Below are positions 30,020 to 42,323 of a stretch of 64,000 nt of DNA, one piece after another. The stretch comes from an uncultured Planctomycetales bacterium (GTDB lineage Bacteria > Omnitrophota > Gorgyraeia > Zapsychrales > Fredricksoniimonadaceae), in assembly GCA_964583975.1 (NCBI GenBank), contig CAZOXU010000002.1, positions 48,667 to 112,666 on the forward strand. Reading direction: 5' to 3'. Under the pieces are notes generated by a model, which saw nothing but the letters and a program-made list of their open reading frames with translations, was not told the DNA's origin and searched no databases. A program made the translations under genes and the position numbers. The stretch's first letter is position 1. Each line of letters starts with the position of its first letter.

Positions 30020-30392
30020 TAACTTTAGCTGTGGTTGGGGCCTGGTCTACTTTGACACGAGCAGATTTGCCTAAGCGATCTCTTAAGTAATACAACTTAG
30101 CACGCTTCACAACACCTTTAGCAACAATTTCAATCTTTTCAATGACTGGTGAGTTAATAGGAAAGGTTCTTTCCACACCTTCACCAAATGAAATTTTACG
30201 TACGGTAAAAGCTGCTGCAATGCCGGTACCGATCTTTTTAATAACTGTTCCTTCAAAAGAATGGATACGCATTTTTTCTGCTTCCTTAACCTTAATTTTC
30301 ATTTTAATGGCATCTCCGACATTAAAATGAGGAATATCCTTGCGAATCACATTAGAAGAAATTCCTTGAATCTTTTCAATATTGCTAACCAT
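30009..30392 (-). CDS. rplS: 50S ribosomal protein L19.
   Basis: 127 aa. It has conserved L19 core sequence and sits in the rplS-trmD context. Confidence 0.9.
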   Translation of the reverse strand: MVSNIEKIQGISSNVIRKDIPHFNVGDAIKMKIKVKEAEKMRIHSFEGTVIKKIGTGIAAAFTVRKISFGEGVERTFPINSPVIEKIEIVAKGVVKRAKLYYLRDRLGKSARVKVDQAPTTAKVNAS

Positions 30393-30408
30393 CTTACTCT
30401 CCTCTTGC

Positions 30409-31086
30409 TTATTTTAATAGATCAGGCCTAAATTTAGCTGTTCTTTTTAATGCTTGAGCCTGGCGCCACTGTTCGATCTGTTTATGATTGCCCGATAATA
30501 ACACATCAGGTACTTTTAGACCATGAAAATTTGCTGGCCGGGTATATTGAGGTCCCTCTAGCAAATTAGCCTCAAAACTTTCATTAAGAAGCGAGGCTTC
30601 CTTACCTAATACACCTGGTATCAAACGACTAATAGCATCGACCATCACCATGGCTGGAATCTCCCCACCGGTTAAAACATAGTCCCCGATAGAAAACTCC
30701 TCGTCTACTAGCGCCTGGCGAACACGCTCGTCGATACCTTCGTAATGGCCACAAATAATAATCAAATTCTTTGCGCTAGTCAAGCGTTTTGCGTGTTTTT
30801 GTGAAAAAGGCACTCCGGCTGGGGTAACGTAAATAACCTTGGCTTTTCTACGCCCTTTTACTTTCTTGATGGCATCAAATAATGGCTGCGGGCTTAACAC
30901 CATGCCAGGACCACCCCCAAAAGGCCTATCATCCACATTACGTCTCTTGCGATCTAATGAATAATCCCTTAAATCATGGGTTTTAATGACTATCTTTTTA
31001 TTCTCCTGAGCTCTTTTAATGATCGAATCATTAAAAATACCATCAAAAGCGCCAGGAAATAAAGTGATAATATCAAAGCGCAACAT
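30409..31086 (-). CDS. trmD: tRNA (guanine37-N1)-methyltransferase.
   Basis: MLRFDIITLFPGAF...; 225 aa. Confidence 0.9.
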   Translation of the reverse strand: MLRFDIITLFPGAFDGIFNDSIIKRAQENKKIVIKTHDLRDYSLDRKRRNVDDRPFGGGPGMVLSPQPLFDAIKKVKGRRKAKVIYVTPAGVPFSQKHAKRLTSAKNLIIICGHYEGIDERVRQALVDEEFSIGDYVLTGGEIPAMVMVDAISRLIPGVLGKEASLLNESFEANLLEGPQYTRPANFHGLKVPDVLLSGNHKQIEQWRQAQALKRTAKFRPDLLK

Positions 31087-33242
<2,156 letters not shown>

Positions 33243-33245
33243 GGA

Positions 33246-34478
33246 TTATTTTGCTGCTGAATCTGGACTAGAAAGAGGGTCTTCTTTGGTAGACAAAATA
33301 GGCAAGGTAGATTTCTTAAGATTATGATAATCCATTAATTCGGAACCAGGATAATAATACGAAAGGATTTGTTTAAAATTAAATTGCTGTTCGGCCATGC
33401 CGCGAGCTCCCCATTGGCACATACCAACTCCATGCCCCCAGCCTTTACCAACAAAATTGACATAATAGCCCTGCATGATAATTTCATAGTTATTACTTTT
33501 TAGATCATTAGGTCCTATGATTTCACGAAAATCCTTGCCTGGGACAGTAATTTCTTCACCATCACGGCTGGTTATTTTTAAAGCTTTCACGCGACCACTA
33601 CGATTACGATCAACAACCTTTATTTCTTTAATGGAACCTATTTTATAGCCACGCTTATTAAGATTCATTTGAATATCATGCAAACGATAGTTTCTTTTCC
33701 AATGCATATGCGGTGAGTCTTGACAAAACATACATGGCACCCCACGAAGCGGTGAAATGTCAGTCCCCCACAATTCTTTCGAATCCTCGGTCATCCCTGC
33801 ACAAGTTGCATGAAAATAAGCTGGTAAAACTTTTCCTTGAAAAGATAAAATCTGGCCAGAGGTTCTGTCAACAGCCAAACCTGTACGATAGCGTTCTGAG
33901 TCTTTTCCTCCGTACACCTGAGAGTAAATATCATTAGTCACATCATAGTCGGCCTTACCACTGGATTGCATTTTATAAATGGCATAAGTACGTGTAGCTA
34001 CTGCCTGAGCTTTGAGAGCCTCCATGGCCCAATGATGGGAAACTTCATGGTATAAAACGCCTTTAATATAATCTTCAATATCAATACTATTAATAGCGGT
34101 GATACGATTATTGGATGTGCGTAATAAAAAAACATCTCCACGGAAATTGTGATTATTAATAAGTACGGAAGTATCTTTGAGAGGTCTAATAATAAGGCGT
34201 TTAACAGAATACACATTGGTGCCCATAAACAGACCTTTGTCTAAAAGCCTCACCTTTGCTTTAATTAATTTGCGGCCTGTACCAATGATTTTTCCTGAAT
34301 CCAAATCTATAAAATTATACGGGCCTGGAATATTTAAGTTAAGTTCCCTGGCATCACGTACAATGGCGACTCTGACCATTTTAGGAGGCAAAACCTCTTT
34401 GCGGGTGACTTCAGCGATAGCAACCATCCCTCCCAACAGAATACCCACAACGAGATATGTAATGATTATTTTTTTCAT
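33246..34478 (-). CDS. SpoIID/LytB-domain protein (peptidoglycan lytic transglycosylase-like).
   Basis: 410 aa, with a signal/TM anchor. SpoIID-family region (HATCAGMTE...). Confidence 0.7.
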   Translation of the reverse strand: MKKIIITYLVVGILLGGMVAIAEVTRKEVLPPKMVRVAIVRDARELNLNIPGPYNFIDLDSGKIIGTGRKLIKAKVRLLDKGLFMGTNVYSVKRLIIRPLKDTSVLINNHNFRGDVFLLRTSNNRITAINSIDIEDYIKGVLYHEVSHHWAMEALKAQAVATRTYAIYKMQSSGKADYDVTNDIYSQVYGGKDSERYRTGLAVDRTSGQILSFQGKVLPAYFHATCAGMTEDSKELWGTDISPLRGVPCMFCQDSPHMHWKRNYRLHDIQMNLNKRGYKIGSIKEIKVVDRNRSGRVKALKITSRDGEEITVPGKDFREIIGPNDLKSNNYEIIMQGYYVNFVGKGWGHGVGMCQWGARGMAEQQFNFKQILSYYYPGSELMDYHNLKKSTLPILSTKEDPLSSPDSAAK

Positions 34479-34687
34479 TTTTTAGAAATAAAAAACATGA
34501 TGACACTAAAAACAACACTTAATAAAATACAAGTGGCTAATGGGAAATAAAATGTAAAATTATCTTTCTTGATCAATAAATCGCCGGGTAACCGTCCAAA
34601 ATGAATAAACTTTCCTAAGGTTAAAACAATCACCCCTAGAACTACCAAAACCAGACCAATTAGAATAATTATTTTTCCATATTCCAT
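34475..34687 (-). CDS. DUF2905-family small membrane protein.
   Basis: 70 aa; two TM helices (MEYGKIIILIGLVLVVLGVIVLTLGKF...). Confidence 0.55.
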   Translation of the reverse strand: MEYGKIIILIGLVLVVLGVIVLTLGKFIHFGRLPGDLLIKKDNFTFYFPLATCILLSVVFSVIMFFISKK

Positions 34688-34743
34688 ATGATTAGTGCCA
34701 TATTATAGCTTTGATTATAATTTTTAGGCAGATTTTTTATTAG

Positions 34744-34782
34744 AAAAAAACGCCGCCCCACATTAAAGCGAGACGGCGTTTT
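34744..34782 (-). terminator. Rho-independent terminator after the small secreted-protein gene.
   Basis: Stem AACGCCG...CGGCGTT, followed by TTTTTTT in minus sense. Confidence 0.6.
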
Positions 34783-34809
34783 ATAAGGCATTAGCTTTTT
34801 ACCAAAAGG

Positions 34810-35103
34810 TTATTTGGTAATCTCTAAAGGAGATTTAGCTATTGTCCAAGCTCCATCTACGATGTGTTTACCCATATAAAAACCACCTTTAAGTAAACCA
34901 CCTGTTAAGGCTAATGGATAAACATGAGCTTTGGTGTCCTTGGTTTCAGTCATCACACTGTCTTTAACAGACATTGGTGACATAACCACATCTTTTGCAC
35001 CAGCTATAAATGAATCTTTAGCAGCAGTTGGTGTTGCAAAAGATGGACTAACATAAGCAATTACAACAGCTAAGATTACAGCAATGATAGATAAGCGTTT
35101 CAT
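34810..35103 (-). CDS. Small secreted protein, hypothetical.
   Basis: Signal peptide MKRLSIIAVILAVVIAYVSPSFA; 97 aa. Confidence 0.4.
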   Translation of the reverse strand: MKRLSIIAVILAVVIAYVSPSFATPTAAKDSFIAGAKDVVMSPMSVKDSVMTETKDTKAHVYPLALTGGLLKGGFYMGKHIVDGAWTIAKSPLEITK

Positions 35104-35207
35104 ATCCCACCTCCGGTTAAGGTCTCCTAATGGAGCCCTTCTACTTTAAGTATGGCATGAAATGCAAGCAAAAAAGGTTATTTTAGGGGTTTTTGAGAAA
35201 ACGTTTT

Positions 35208-35600
35208 TTAAACAAACTGCGAAAATATGGCAAGAATATAGAGGCTTATTGTGCAGATAAAGCCACCAAACCAACACAGGGAGCGCAAGTTCGAACGATC
35301 AGAGATATAACAAAAGCCATAAAGAATGCGAAATACAATAAATAAGATCGCCAGGCTCGTAATGGTACTAGTGGGTGCATCACCAGCAATTTTAGCAATA
35401 ATAACTCCTGCCGCAAAAGGTGGAAAAGCTTCAAAAGAGTTTAAATGAGCAAAATGGGCCCTTTTTGCCTTACCTTGAAGTTTATCAGCAAAGTCGCGAG
35501 GCAAACTATTATCGTAGCTTTTGGTAGAAAATTTGGCGTAGCCGGCAAAAATGTACGGCAAAATAGCTGCTATTAACACACAAAGGTATGCCGTAGTCAA
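35208..35600 (-). CDS. MAPEG-family membrane protein (putative).
   Basis: 130 aa. 3-4 TM helices. The KAKRAHFAHLNSFEAFPPF motif resembles bacterial MAPEG. Confidence 0.5.
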   Translation of the reverse strand: MTTAYLCVLIAAILPYIFAGYAKFSTKSYDNSLPRDFADKLQGKAKRAHFAHLNSFEAFPPFAAGVIIAKIAGDAPTSTITSLAILFIVFRILYGFCYISDRSNLRSLCWFGGFICTISLYILAIFSQFV

Positions 35601-35607
35601 TTTATAC

Positions 35608-36678
35608 CTACCACTCTAAGGCGCCACCGGTTTGGTATTCTGTTACGCGGGTTTCAAAGAAATTCTTTTCTTTCTTAAGATCGATTATTTCACTCATCCA
35701 AGGAAACGGATTGCTGGAATTATAAACACGATCAAGGCGAAGCTTTTCTAATCTACGATCAGCTATGTACTGGATATATTCTCTCATCATAGGAACATTT
35801 AATCCTAATACACCCCGAGGCAAACATTCTTGGGCATAATTGACTTCTAATTCAACAGCACGTTTGATACGTTGGGTCAAATGCTGAGCAAATTCAGCAG
35901 TCCAACCATATTTATTTTCATCAATGATCGTATTAATTAATTGGATACCAAAATTCATATGGATACTTTCATCACGCAAAATATATTGAATCTGCTCACA
36001 AGTTCCAGGCATTCTATTTTGACGTCCAAATGAAAGCATGGTCACAAAGCCGCTATAAAAGAAAATTCCTTCGGTCACCACATAAAAGGCCACCAGATTA
36101 TCTAAAAATTTCTGTAAACCTTCCTTGGTAGCTAAATCAACATTTTCATCCACAATACCATCAGTACAACTCATGGAGAATTCATCTTTTTCATAAATCT
36201 CTTTGTTCTCTCGATACATATTAAAAATTTCTGTTTCATCAAGAGATAAAGATTCTGAAATATATTGGAATGTATGGACGTGTACTGCCTCTTCAAAAGC
36301 CTGACGCAGTAAATATTGACGGCATTCGGGATTGTCAACCAATTTAAAAATAGATAGAACAATATTATTACCAACCAAGGTCTCAGCTGTTGAGAAAAAG
36401 CCTAAATTACGTTTGATTACATGCCGCTCATCAGGCGTGAAAGCATTAGGATTTTTCCATTGCTCAATATCTCTTTGCATAGAGACTTCTGTCGGCATCC
36501 AAGTGTTTGCGCAAGCATCTAAATAGGAATGCCAGGCCCATTTGTATTTAATAGGAACTAACTGATTAACATCCACTTTTCTATTGTTAAGAATGATCTT
36601 CTTATTATCAGCAGAAACTCTTTCTCTGCTCATTCGAAGACCACCAGCACACTCTTGGCTTTTTAAATCTTCTGGCAT
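35608..36678 (-). CDS. nrdB: Ribonucleotide reductase small subunit, R2c-type (class Ic-like: Glu/Phe variant).
   Basis: In the [10 protein letters not shown] motif a Glu takes the place of the first Asp ligand. In EEAVHVHTF a Phe sits at the radical-Tyr position. The start is at 36678 with SD AAGGAG. The ORF track extends to 36789. Confidence 0.85.
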   Translation of the reverse strand: MPEDLKSQECAGGLRMSRERVSADNKKIILNNRKVDVNQLVPIKYKWAWHSYLDACANTWMPTEVSMQRDIEQWKNPNAFTPDERHVIKRNLGFFSTAETLVGNNIVLSIFKLVDNPECRQYLLRQAFEEAVHVHTFQYISESLSLDETEIFNMYRENKEIYEKDEFSMSCTDGIVDENVDLATKEGLQKFLDNLVAFYVVTEGIFFYSGFVTMLSFGRQNRMPGTCEQIQYILRDESIHMNFGIQLINTIIDENKYGWTAEFAQHLTQRIKRAVELEVNYAQECLPRGVLGLNVPMMREYIQYIADRRLEKLRLDRVYNSSNPFPWMSEIIDLKKEKNFFETRVTEYQTGGALEW

Positions 36679-36691
36679 GAATAAATCTCCT

Positions 36692-39600
36692 TTATTGGCA
36701 CGATTCACAATCTTGGACTGGTTCAGCACTAGGTTTGGCAGCAACAGCTTCAACAACGCTGCCTTTTTCATCACGCTGGCGCTGACCAACTACGTTACCA
36801 TATTTTGTAATATCCAGAGTACTTTTCTCAATACGAGTAGCACCCATAGATCGTAAATAATAAGTTGTTTTGAGTCCTTTTTCCCAAGCAAACATATACA
36901 TATCACTAATCTTTTTACCACTAGGCTTGGCTTGATATAAGTTTAAACTTTGCCCCATATCAATCCATTTCTGACGACGAGAAGCAGCTTCAATAATCCA
37001 CTCATAATCAATTTCAAAGGCAGTAGCATATTTAGATTTTAAATGAGCAGGAATACGTTTGATTTCTTGGACACTACCATCAAAATATTTAAGATCATCA
37101 ATCATTTCCTGGTCCCAAAGTCCTAATTTCTTTAGATCTTCCACCAAGTATTCATTGATAACGGTAAATTCACCTGAAAGATTACTCTTAACGAAAACAT
37201 TTTTATACATTGGTTCAATACTTTGGGTTACTCCACAAATGTTGCCAATGGTGGCTGTTGGAGCGATCGCCATGACCAAACTATTACGAAGACCATCTCT
37301 TTTAATAGCTTGGCGAACAAAACCCCAATCCATACGTTGAGTGCGATCCATATCCAAATAATCACCGCGTTCTTTGGCTAATAAATCAATCGTATCAATT
37401 GGTAAAAGTCCTCTATCCCACTTAGAACCTTGATAGGTAGAATATTTTCCTCTCTCCCTGGCTAATTCGCAACTGCCAAGCAAAGCATAGTATGAAATTG
37501 CTTCCATGCTTTCATCAGCAAATTCAACAGCTTCCGCAGAAGCATAGCTAATATCCAAATGATACAAGGCATCTTGAAAGCCCATAATCCCCATACCTAC
37601 TGGACGATGACGGCCATTAGCTGTGGCTGTTTCTGTTGTAGGATAATAATTAATGTCGATAACATTATCCAGCATACGCACAGCGGTCATGATGGTTTCT
37701 TTAAGCTTTTTATGATCAATACCTTCCTTGGTTACGTGCACACTCAAATTCACTGAACCAAGATTGCAAACAGCATTTTCTTCTTTAGATGTATTAAGAA
37801 GGATTTCCGTACATAAATTAGAACTGTGAACAACGCCTACGTGATCTTGAGGAGAACGGACATTGGAAGGATCCTTCCAGGTAATCCATGGATGGCCAGT
37901 TTCAAAAACCATTGAAAGCATTTTACGCCATAATTGGACAGCTGAGACGGTTCTAAAATGTTTAATTTTACCTTCTTTAGCTAACTGTTCATATTCATGG
38001 TATCGCTTCTCGAATGCCTGACCATAGATATGATGCAAATCTGGAGTTTCTGAAGGTGTAAATAAAGTCCAATCGGCATTAGCCTTAACTCTCTTCATAA
38101 ATAAATCAGGAATCCAGTTAGCTGTATGCATATCATGCGTACGACGGCGTTCATCACCCGTGTTCTTACGCAATTCTAGAAATTCTTCAATATCCAAATG
38201 CCAGGCTTCCAGGTAAGCACACATGGCTCCCTTACGTTTTCCCCCTTGATTAACCGCAACTGCTGTATCGTTGGCTACTTTCAAAAATGGAATAATCCCC
38301 TGACTTTTACCATTGGTACCTTTAATGCGCGATCCCATAGCGCGAACACTGGTCCAATCATTTCCAAGTCCACCGCTCCATTTAGAAAGCATCGCATCAT
38401 CTTGGATACACTTAAAAATATGCCATAAATCATCTTCAATGGTTGTTAAGAAGCAAGATGATAATTGTGGATGTTTTGTTCCTGCATTAAAAAGTGTTGG
38501 GGTTGATGACATGAAACGAAATGTGGAGAGGATATTGTAAAACTCAATAGCTTTTTGATTCTTTTGTTCGCCTTCACGAGAAGCCAAACCCATAGCTACA
38601 CGCATCCAGAAAATTTGAGGAATTTCAATGCGTCTTTCTTGAGAATGGATAAAATAACGATCAAACAAAGTCTGTAGCCCCATATAATGGAATAAAAAAT
38701 CTCTTTCAGGAACCAAGGCTTTGGATAATTCTTTTAAATTAAATGATTTTAATTCAGGATCTAATAATTCCAGTTGAACAGCTTGTCCAATAAACTTAAT
38801 AAAATACTCCGGATACTCTACACGGATACGCTCAAAAGAAGCATCGGTTCCTAAAGCCTCGGTGTATTCCAAAAGCAACAATAATCGCGCTGCAACAAAG
38901 GAATAATTTGGCTCTTTTTCAATATAGCTGCGAGCTGCCATAATGTTAGCGAGAGCCATTTGACGCTCGGTCATGCCGTTAAAATAATTCTTAACAGCTT
39001 CTTTAAAAAGAAGATCTACAGAAACATTGCTTAAAGATTTACAGCAGGTTTCAATATTAAAACGGATCTCTTCTAAATCAATAGGTCGTTCTTCACCCTT
39101 TTCATTTTTGATAACAAGGTTTTTGACCCATTCAATAGATTCTTCAACCTGCGCATTCTTAACACGACGGGCTTTGGCTCTTTCTTCTCTGTAAATGATA
39201 TATCGTTTAGCCACATCATGATAGCCGCCAGCCATAATAATTTTCTCAACGATATCCTGAATCTCTTCAATATTGATGGATTTACCTTCTGGCCATCTGG
39301 TTCTTATTTCAGCGGTAACCTTGTCCGATAATTCATGGGCTTTTTCAATCAAAATCTCATTATAAATACCTTTGTTATGTGCAATCAAAGCTTTAGCAAT
39401 GGCTAAAGTAATCTTTTCTTGTTTGAAAGAGACAATCTTACCGTCGCGTTTAATGATGGAATAAAGTTCAAATAATTGTCGACGAGCAGCATGGTGTTTT
39501 CGGTAACTAGCATAACGTTCAGCTGTTTCTTTATGACCAGTTTCATAAAGCTGTCGAATCACTTCATCTTGAATTTCTTCGACTGTTAAAAAAGGTTTTT

Positions 39601-39820
39601 GCATGCCCCTTTCTTTAAGAACCGCCAACACACAGTCTGTGACTTTATTAACTTCTGCTAAATCTTCCGAAGATAGTTCGGATTCGCGAGGAAGGCCAAG
39701 TTGTTCTTTAAAAGCATTAGCAACAGCATGGGTAATACGATGAGGTACAAATTCAATAATTTGACCATTACGTTTTTGTACTTTGATGTCGAAACTATTA
39801 GTGGTAAGTGAAGAAGACAT
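36692..39820 (-). CDS. nrdA: Ribonucleotide reductase large subunit with three N-terminal ATP-cone domains.
   Basis: Three V.KR.G..E.F-type cones: [24 protein letters not shown] and [14 protein letters not shown]. The catalytic core and C-terminal CESCQ tail follow. The start is at 39820, preceded by AAGGGGGG. Confidence 0.9.
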   Translation of the reverse strand: MSSSLTTNSFDIKVQKRNGQIIEFVPHRITHAVANAFKEQLGLPRESELSSEDLAEVNKVTDCVLAVLKERGMQKPFLTVEEIQDEVIRQLYETGHKETAERYASYRKHHAARRQLFELYSIIKRDGKIVSFKQEKITLAIAKALIAHNKGIYNEILIEKAHELSDKVTAEIRTRWPEGKSINIEEIQDIVEKIIMAGGYHDVAKRYIIYREERAKARRVKNAQVEESIEWVKNLVIKNEKGEERPIDLEEIRFNIETCCKSLSNVSVDLLFKEAVKNYFNGMTERQMALANIMAARSYIEKEPNYSFVAARLLLLLEYTEALGTDASFERIRVEYPEYFIKFIGQAVQLELLDPELKSFNLKELSKALVPERDFLFHYMGLQTLFDRYFIHSQERRIEIPQIFWMRVAMGLASREGEQKNQKAIEFYNILSTFRFMSSTPTLFNAGTKHPQLSSCFLTTIEDDLWHIFKCIQDDAMLSKWSGGLGNDWTSVRAMGSRIKGTNGKSQGIIPFLKVANDTAVAVNQGGKRKGAMCAYLEAWHLDIEEFLELRKNTGDERRRTHDMHTANWIPDLFMKRVKANADWTLFTPSETPDLHHIYGQAFEKRYHEYEQLAKEGKIKHFRTVSAVQLWRKMLSMVFETGHPWITWKDPSNVRSPQDHVGVVHSSNLCTEILLNTSKEENAVCNLGSVNLSVHVTKEGIDHKKLKETIMTAVRMLDNVIDINYYPTTETATANGRHRPVGMGIMGFQDALYHLDISYASAEAVEFADESMEAISYYALLGSCELARERGKYSTYQGSKWDRGLLPIDTIDLLAKERGDYLDMDRTQRMDWGFVRQAIKRDGLRNSLVMAIAPTATIGNICGVTQSIEPMYKNVFVKSNLSGEFTVINEYLVEDLKKLGLWDQEMIDDLKYFDGSVQEIKRIPAHLKSKYATAFEIDYEWIIEAASRRQKWIDMGQSLNLYQAKPSGKKISDMYMFAWEKGLKTTYYLRSMGATRIEKSTLDITKYGNVVGQRQRDEKGSVVEAVAAKPSAEPVQDCESCQ

Positions 39821-39966
39821 CGACAGAGCCCCCCTTAAACAAAAATTAATAGAATCTGAATAAACACTATATATATGAATCAAAAATTAGATGAGTACTA
39901 CATATAGTACTTAAGAACGAACTTCAGTCAAACATTTTTAGAACTATTTTTACTTAGAATTATTTT

Positions 39967-40575
39967 TTATTTTGAAGAAAAAAGCTTCTCAACTTCTTGC
40001 CAATTCACAACATTCCAAAATGCGGCAATGTAATCAGGTCGTCGGTTTTGATAATTTAAATAGTAGGCATGTTCCCAAACATCAATCCCTAAAAGAGGTG
40101 TTTTACCTTCCATCAAAGGACTATCCTGATTAGCTGTTGAAGATATTTCTAATTTGCCTTCTTTATTTTTTGACAACCAAGCCCAGCCACTTCCGAAACG
40201 TGTTGTAGCTGCAGCAGCAAATTTTTCTTTAAACGCATCAAAAGAACCAAATTCTTTATTGATCGCTTCCGCAATCTTGCCTGTTGGAGCCCCTCCACAT
40301 TTTGGACCAATAATGGCCCAAAAAAATGTGTGGTTAGCATGTCCACCACCATTGTTACGAACCACATTACGGATATCTTCTGGAATTTTATTTAAATCAG
40401 AAATTAACGCTTCAACAGATTTTGATTCTAAATCTGCTTTGCCTTTGATCGCGTTGTTAACATTGTTAATATAAGCTTGATGATGTTTGGTGTGGTGAAT
40501 TTCCATGGTGCGTGCATCAATGTGTGGTTCTAAAGCATTGTAGGGATATGCGAGAGCTGGTAGTGTGTAAGCCAT
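39967..40575 (-). CDS. Superoxide dismutase (Fe/Mn family).
   Basis: 202 aa. HHTKHHQAY...DVWEHAYY. Confidence 0.9.
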   Translation of the reverse strand: MAYTLPALAYPYNALEPHIDARTMEIHHTKHHQAYINNVNNAIKGKADLESKSVEALISDLNKIPEDIRNVVRNNGGGHANHTFFWAIIGPKCGGAPTGKIAEAINKEFGSFDAFKEKFAAAATTRFGSGWAWLSKNKEGKLEISSTANQDSPLMEGKTPLLGIDVWEHAYYLNYQNRRPDYIAAFWNVVNWQEVEKLFSSK

Positions 40576-40596
40576 TATATTCTCCTAAGGATTTAA

Positions 40597-41103
40597 TTAT
40601 ATTGATTTAACAGCATTTAAAACTTCGTCATAGTTTGGTTCTGAAGCAACTTCTTTCACTAATTGAACATAACGAACCTTACCATTAGCATCAACGACAA
40701 AAATAGAACGAGCCAAAAGGTTTAAACCCTTAATCAGCACGCCATAATTTTCACCAAAATTACTACGATAATCTGATAGTGTTTTCACAGCACTAGCCCC
40801 CGCTGCTCCACACCAACGTTTTTGCGCAAAAGGAAGATCTTTGCTGATAGTTAAAACAGCAACATCTGCATGCTTAGATGCTTCTTGATTAAAACGTTTT
40901 GTTTGCAAATCACAAACGGGAGTGTCTAAAGAAGGAACTACTGACAAAATTACTTTCTTTCCTTTATAAGAGGACAACTTAACTTCAGATAAATCATTAG
41001 CCACTAAGGTTACATCAGGAGCATTATCTCCTACCTTAACTTCATTCCCCTGTAAAGTTAGTGGGTTACCTTTCATTGTTACTGCACCAATACGTTCTGA
41101 CAT
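40597..41103 (-). CDS. tpx: Thiol peroxidase (atypical 2-Cys peroxiredoxin).
   Basis: MKGNPLTLQGNEVKVGD...SLDTPVCDLQ. The likely start is at 41103. The ORF track extends to 41154. Confidence 0.85.
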   Translation of the reverse strand: MSERIGAVTMKGNPLTLQGNEVKVGDNAPDVTLVANDLSEVKLSSYKGKKVILSVVPSLDTPVCDLQTKRFNQEASKHADVAVLTISKDLPFAQKRWCGAAGASAVKTLSDYRSNFGENYGVLIKGLNLLARSIFVVDANGKVRYVQLVKEVASEPNYDEVLNAVKSI

Positions 41104-41163
41104 ACAAACTCCTTTCCCGCCGAAGGCTGATCCGCTACGTTTTGTAACGGACAAATATTAAAA

Positions 41164-41838
41164 CTATTTTTCTAAATTGTTCTTATAAATAACGGCTGCT
41201 AAAAGACCGCCAGCCACTGGACCGACAATATAAATCCACCAATTTTGTAAGGTGCCCCCCATTAAGGCCGGCCCAATATAACGAGCTGGATTCATAGCTG
41301 CTCCAGAAATTGGACCACCCATCATAATATCCAAGGCCACTGTTAAACCAATAAATAACCCACCTAATTTAGGAGCTCTTGCATCAACAGCTGTCCCAAA
41401 AACTACAAAAACTAAAAAGAAGGTCAAAATAATTTCAGTAATTAGACCCATACTGACTGTAATATCATTACCTAAAGAAGGAGTCCCCATCCCTACTGCA
41501 GTTAATACTGCCGCAGGAACTGTCCATTTAATTAAAAAAGCTGCTACCAGCGCTCCCAAACATTGAGCTAGAATATAGGCAACAGCTGCATTGGTTTCAA
41601 TTTTCTTAGCAAAACATAAACTAACAGTAACTGCAGGGTTTAAATGCCCCCCACTGATGGCGGCTGTGGCAGAAACCATGACTGCTATAGCAAAACCATG
41701 AGCCAAAGCAATCCCAGTTAAACCTAATTTGCCTCCGCTGATATAATCAGCGCTAATAGCTCCAACACCAATAAAAATAAGGGTAAATGTTCCGATGAAT
41801 TCTGCTACGAGAGATTTGTTTAATTGATTTTTAGACAT
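41164..41838 (-). CDS. MIP-family channel (aquaporin/aquaglyceroporin).
   Basis: Two NPA boxes (NPAVT, NPAR). 224 aa, 6 TM. Confidence 0.85.
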   Translation of the reverse strand: MSKNQLNKSLVAEFIGTFTLIFIGVGAISADYISGGKLGLTGIALAHGFAIAVMVSATAAISGGHLNPAVTVSLCFAKKIETNAAVAYILAQCLGALVAAFLIKWTVPAAVLTAVGMGTPSLGNDITVSMGLITEIILTFFLVFVVFGTAVDARAPKLGGLFIGLTVALDIMMGGPISGAAMNPARYIGPALMGGTLQNWWIYIVGPVAGGLLAAVIYKNNLEK

Positions 41839-41891
41839 TAATTTTTTCCTGTAAGAGGGTTAGGAAAGACATCTTACAATCTTCTTTTTAT

Positions 41892-42323
41892 TTGTCAATC
41901 GTTTGCTATAATCAAAACATGTATATTTATAAAACACAAATCAAATTGCATGATACCGACGCTGCTGGGCTTCTTTTTTTTGGAAAACAATTCTTTTATG
42001 TTCATGATGCATATGAAAAATTATTAGAAAAAATTGGTTTCGGATTTTCAAATTTACTTAAGAAAAGAAAATATTTTTTACCCATCGTTCATGCGGAAAG
42101 TACTTATAAAAAACCTCTATTTGTTGGGGATGAAATTACGATCCGAGTCAAACTTACCAATATCGGAACCAGCTCTATCACCTTCACTTATATCATTACC
42201 AATAAAAAGAACGATGTAGTAGGAACTGCCAAAACAGTCCACGTTACAACCGACAAAGCTACAAAGAAGAAAATCCCACTCCCTAAAGCCTTCCGATCCG
42301 CTCTTGAAAAAATTGCCGACTAA
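41892..42323 (+). CDS. Hotdog-fold acyl-CoA thioesterase (4HBT/YbgC-like). It is a likely DHNA-CoA thioesterase for the adjacent men cluster.
   Basis: ...YKTQIKLHDTDAAGLLFFGKQFFYVHDAYE... The probable true start is the ATG at 41919, immediately after an extended -10 (TGCTATAAT, about 41903-41911). Confidence 0.7.
   Translation: MSIVCYNQNMYIYKTQIKLHDTDAAGLLFFGKQFFYVHDAYEKLLEKIGFGFSNLLKKRKYFLPIVHAESTYKKPLFVGDEITIRVKLTNIGTSSITFTYIITNKKNDVVGTAKTVHVTTDKATKKKIPLPKAFRSALEKIAD

Noticed and set aside
39821-39883. The 21-aa N-terminal extension of NrdA in the ORF track.
   Set aside because: The internal ATG at 39820 is preceded by a strong AAGGGGGG SD, and the first ATP cone begins shortly after it.
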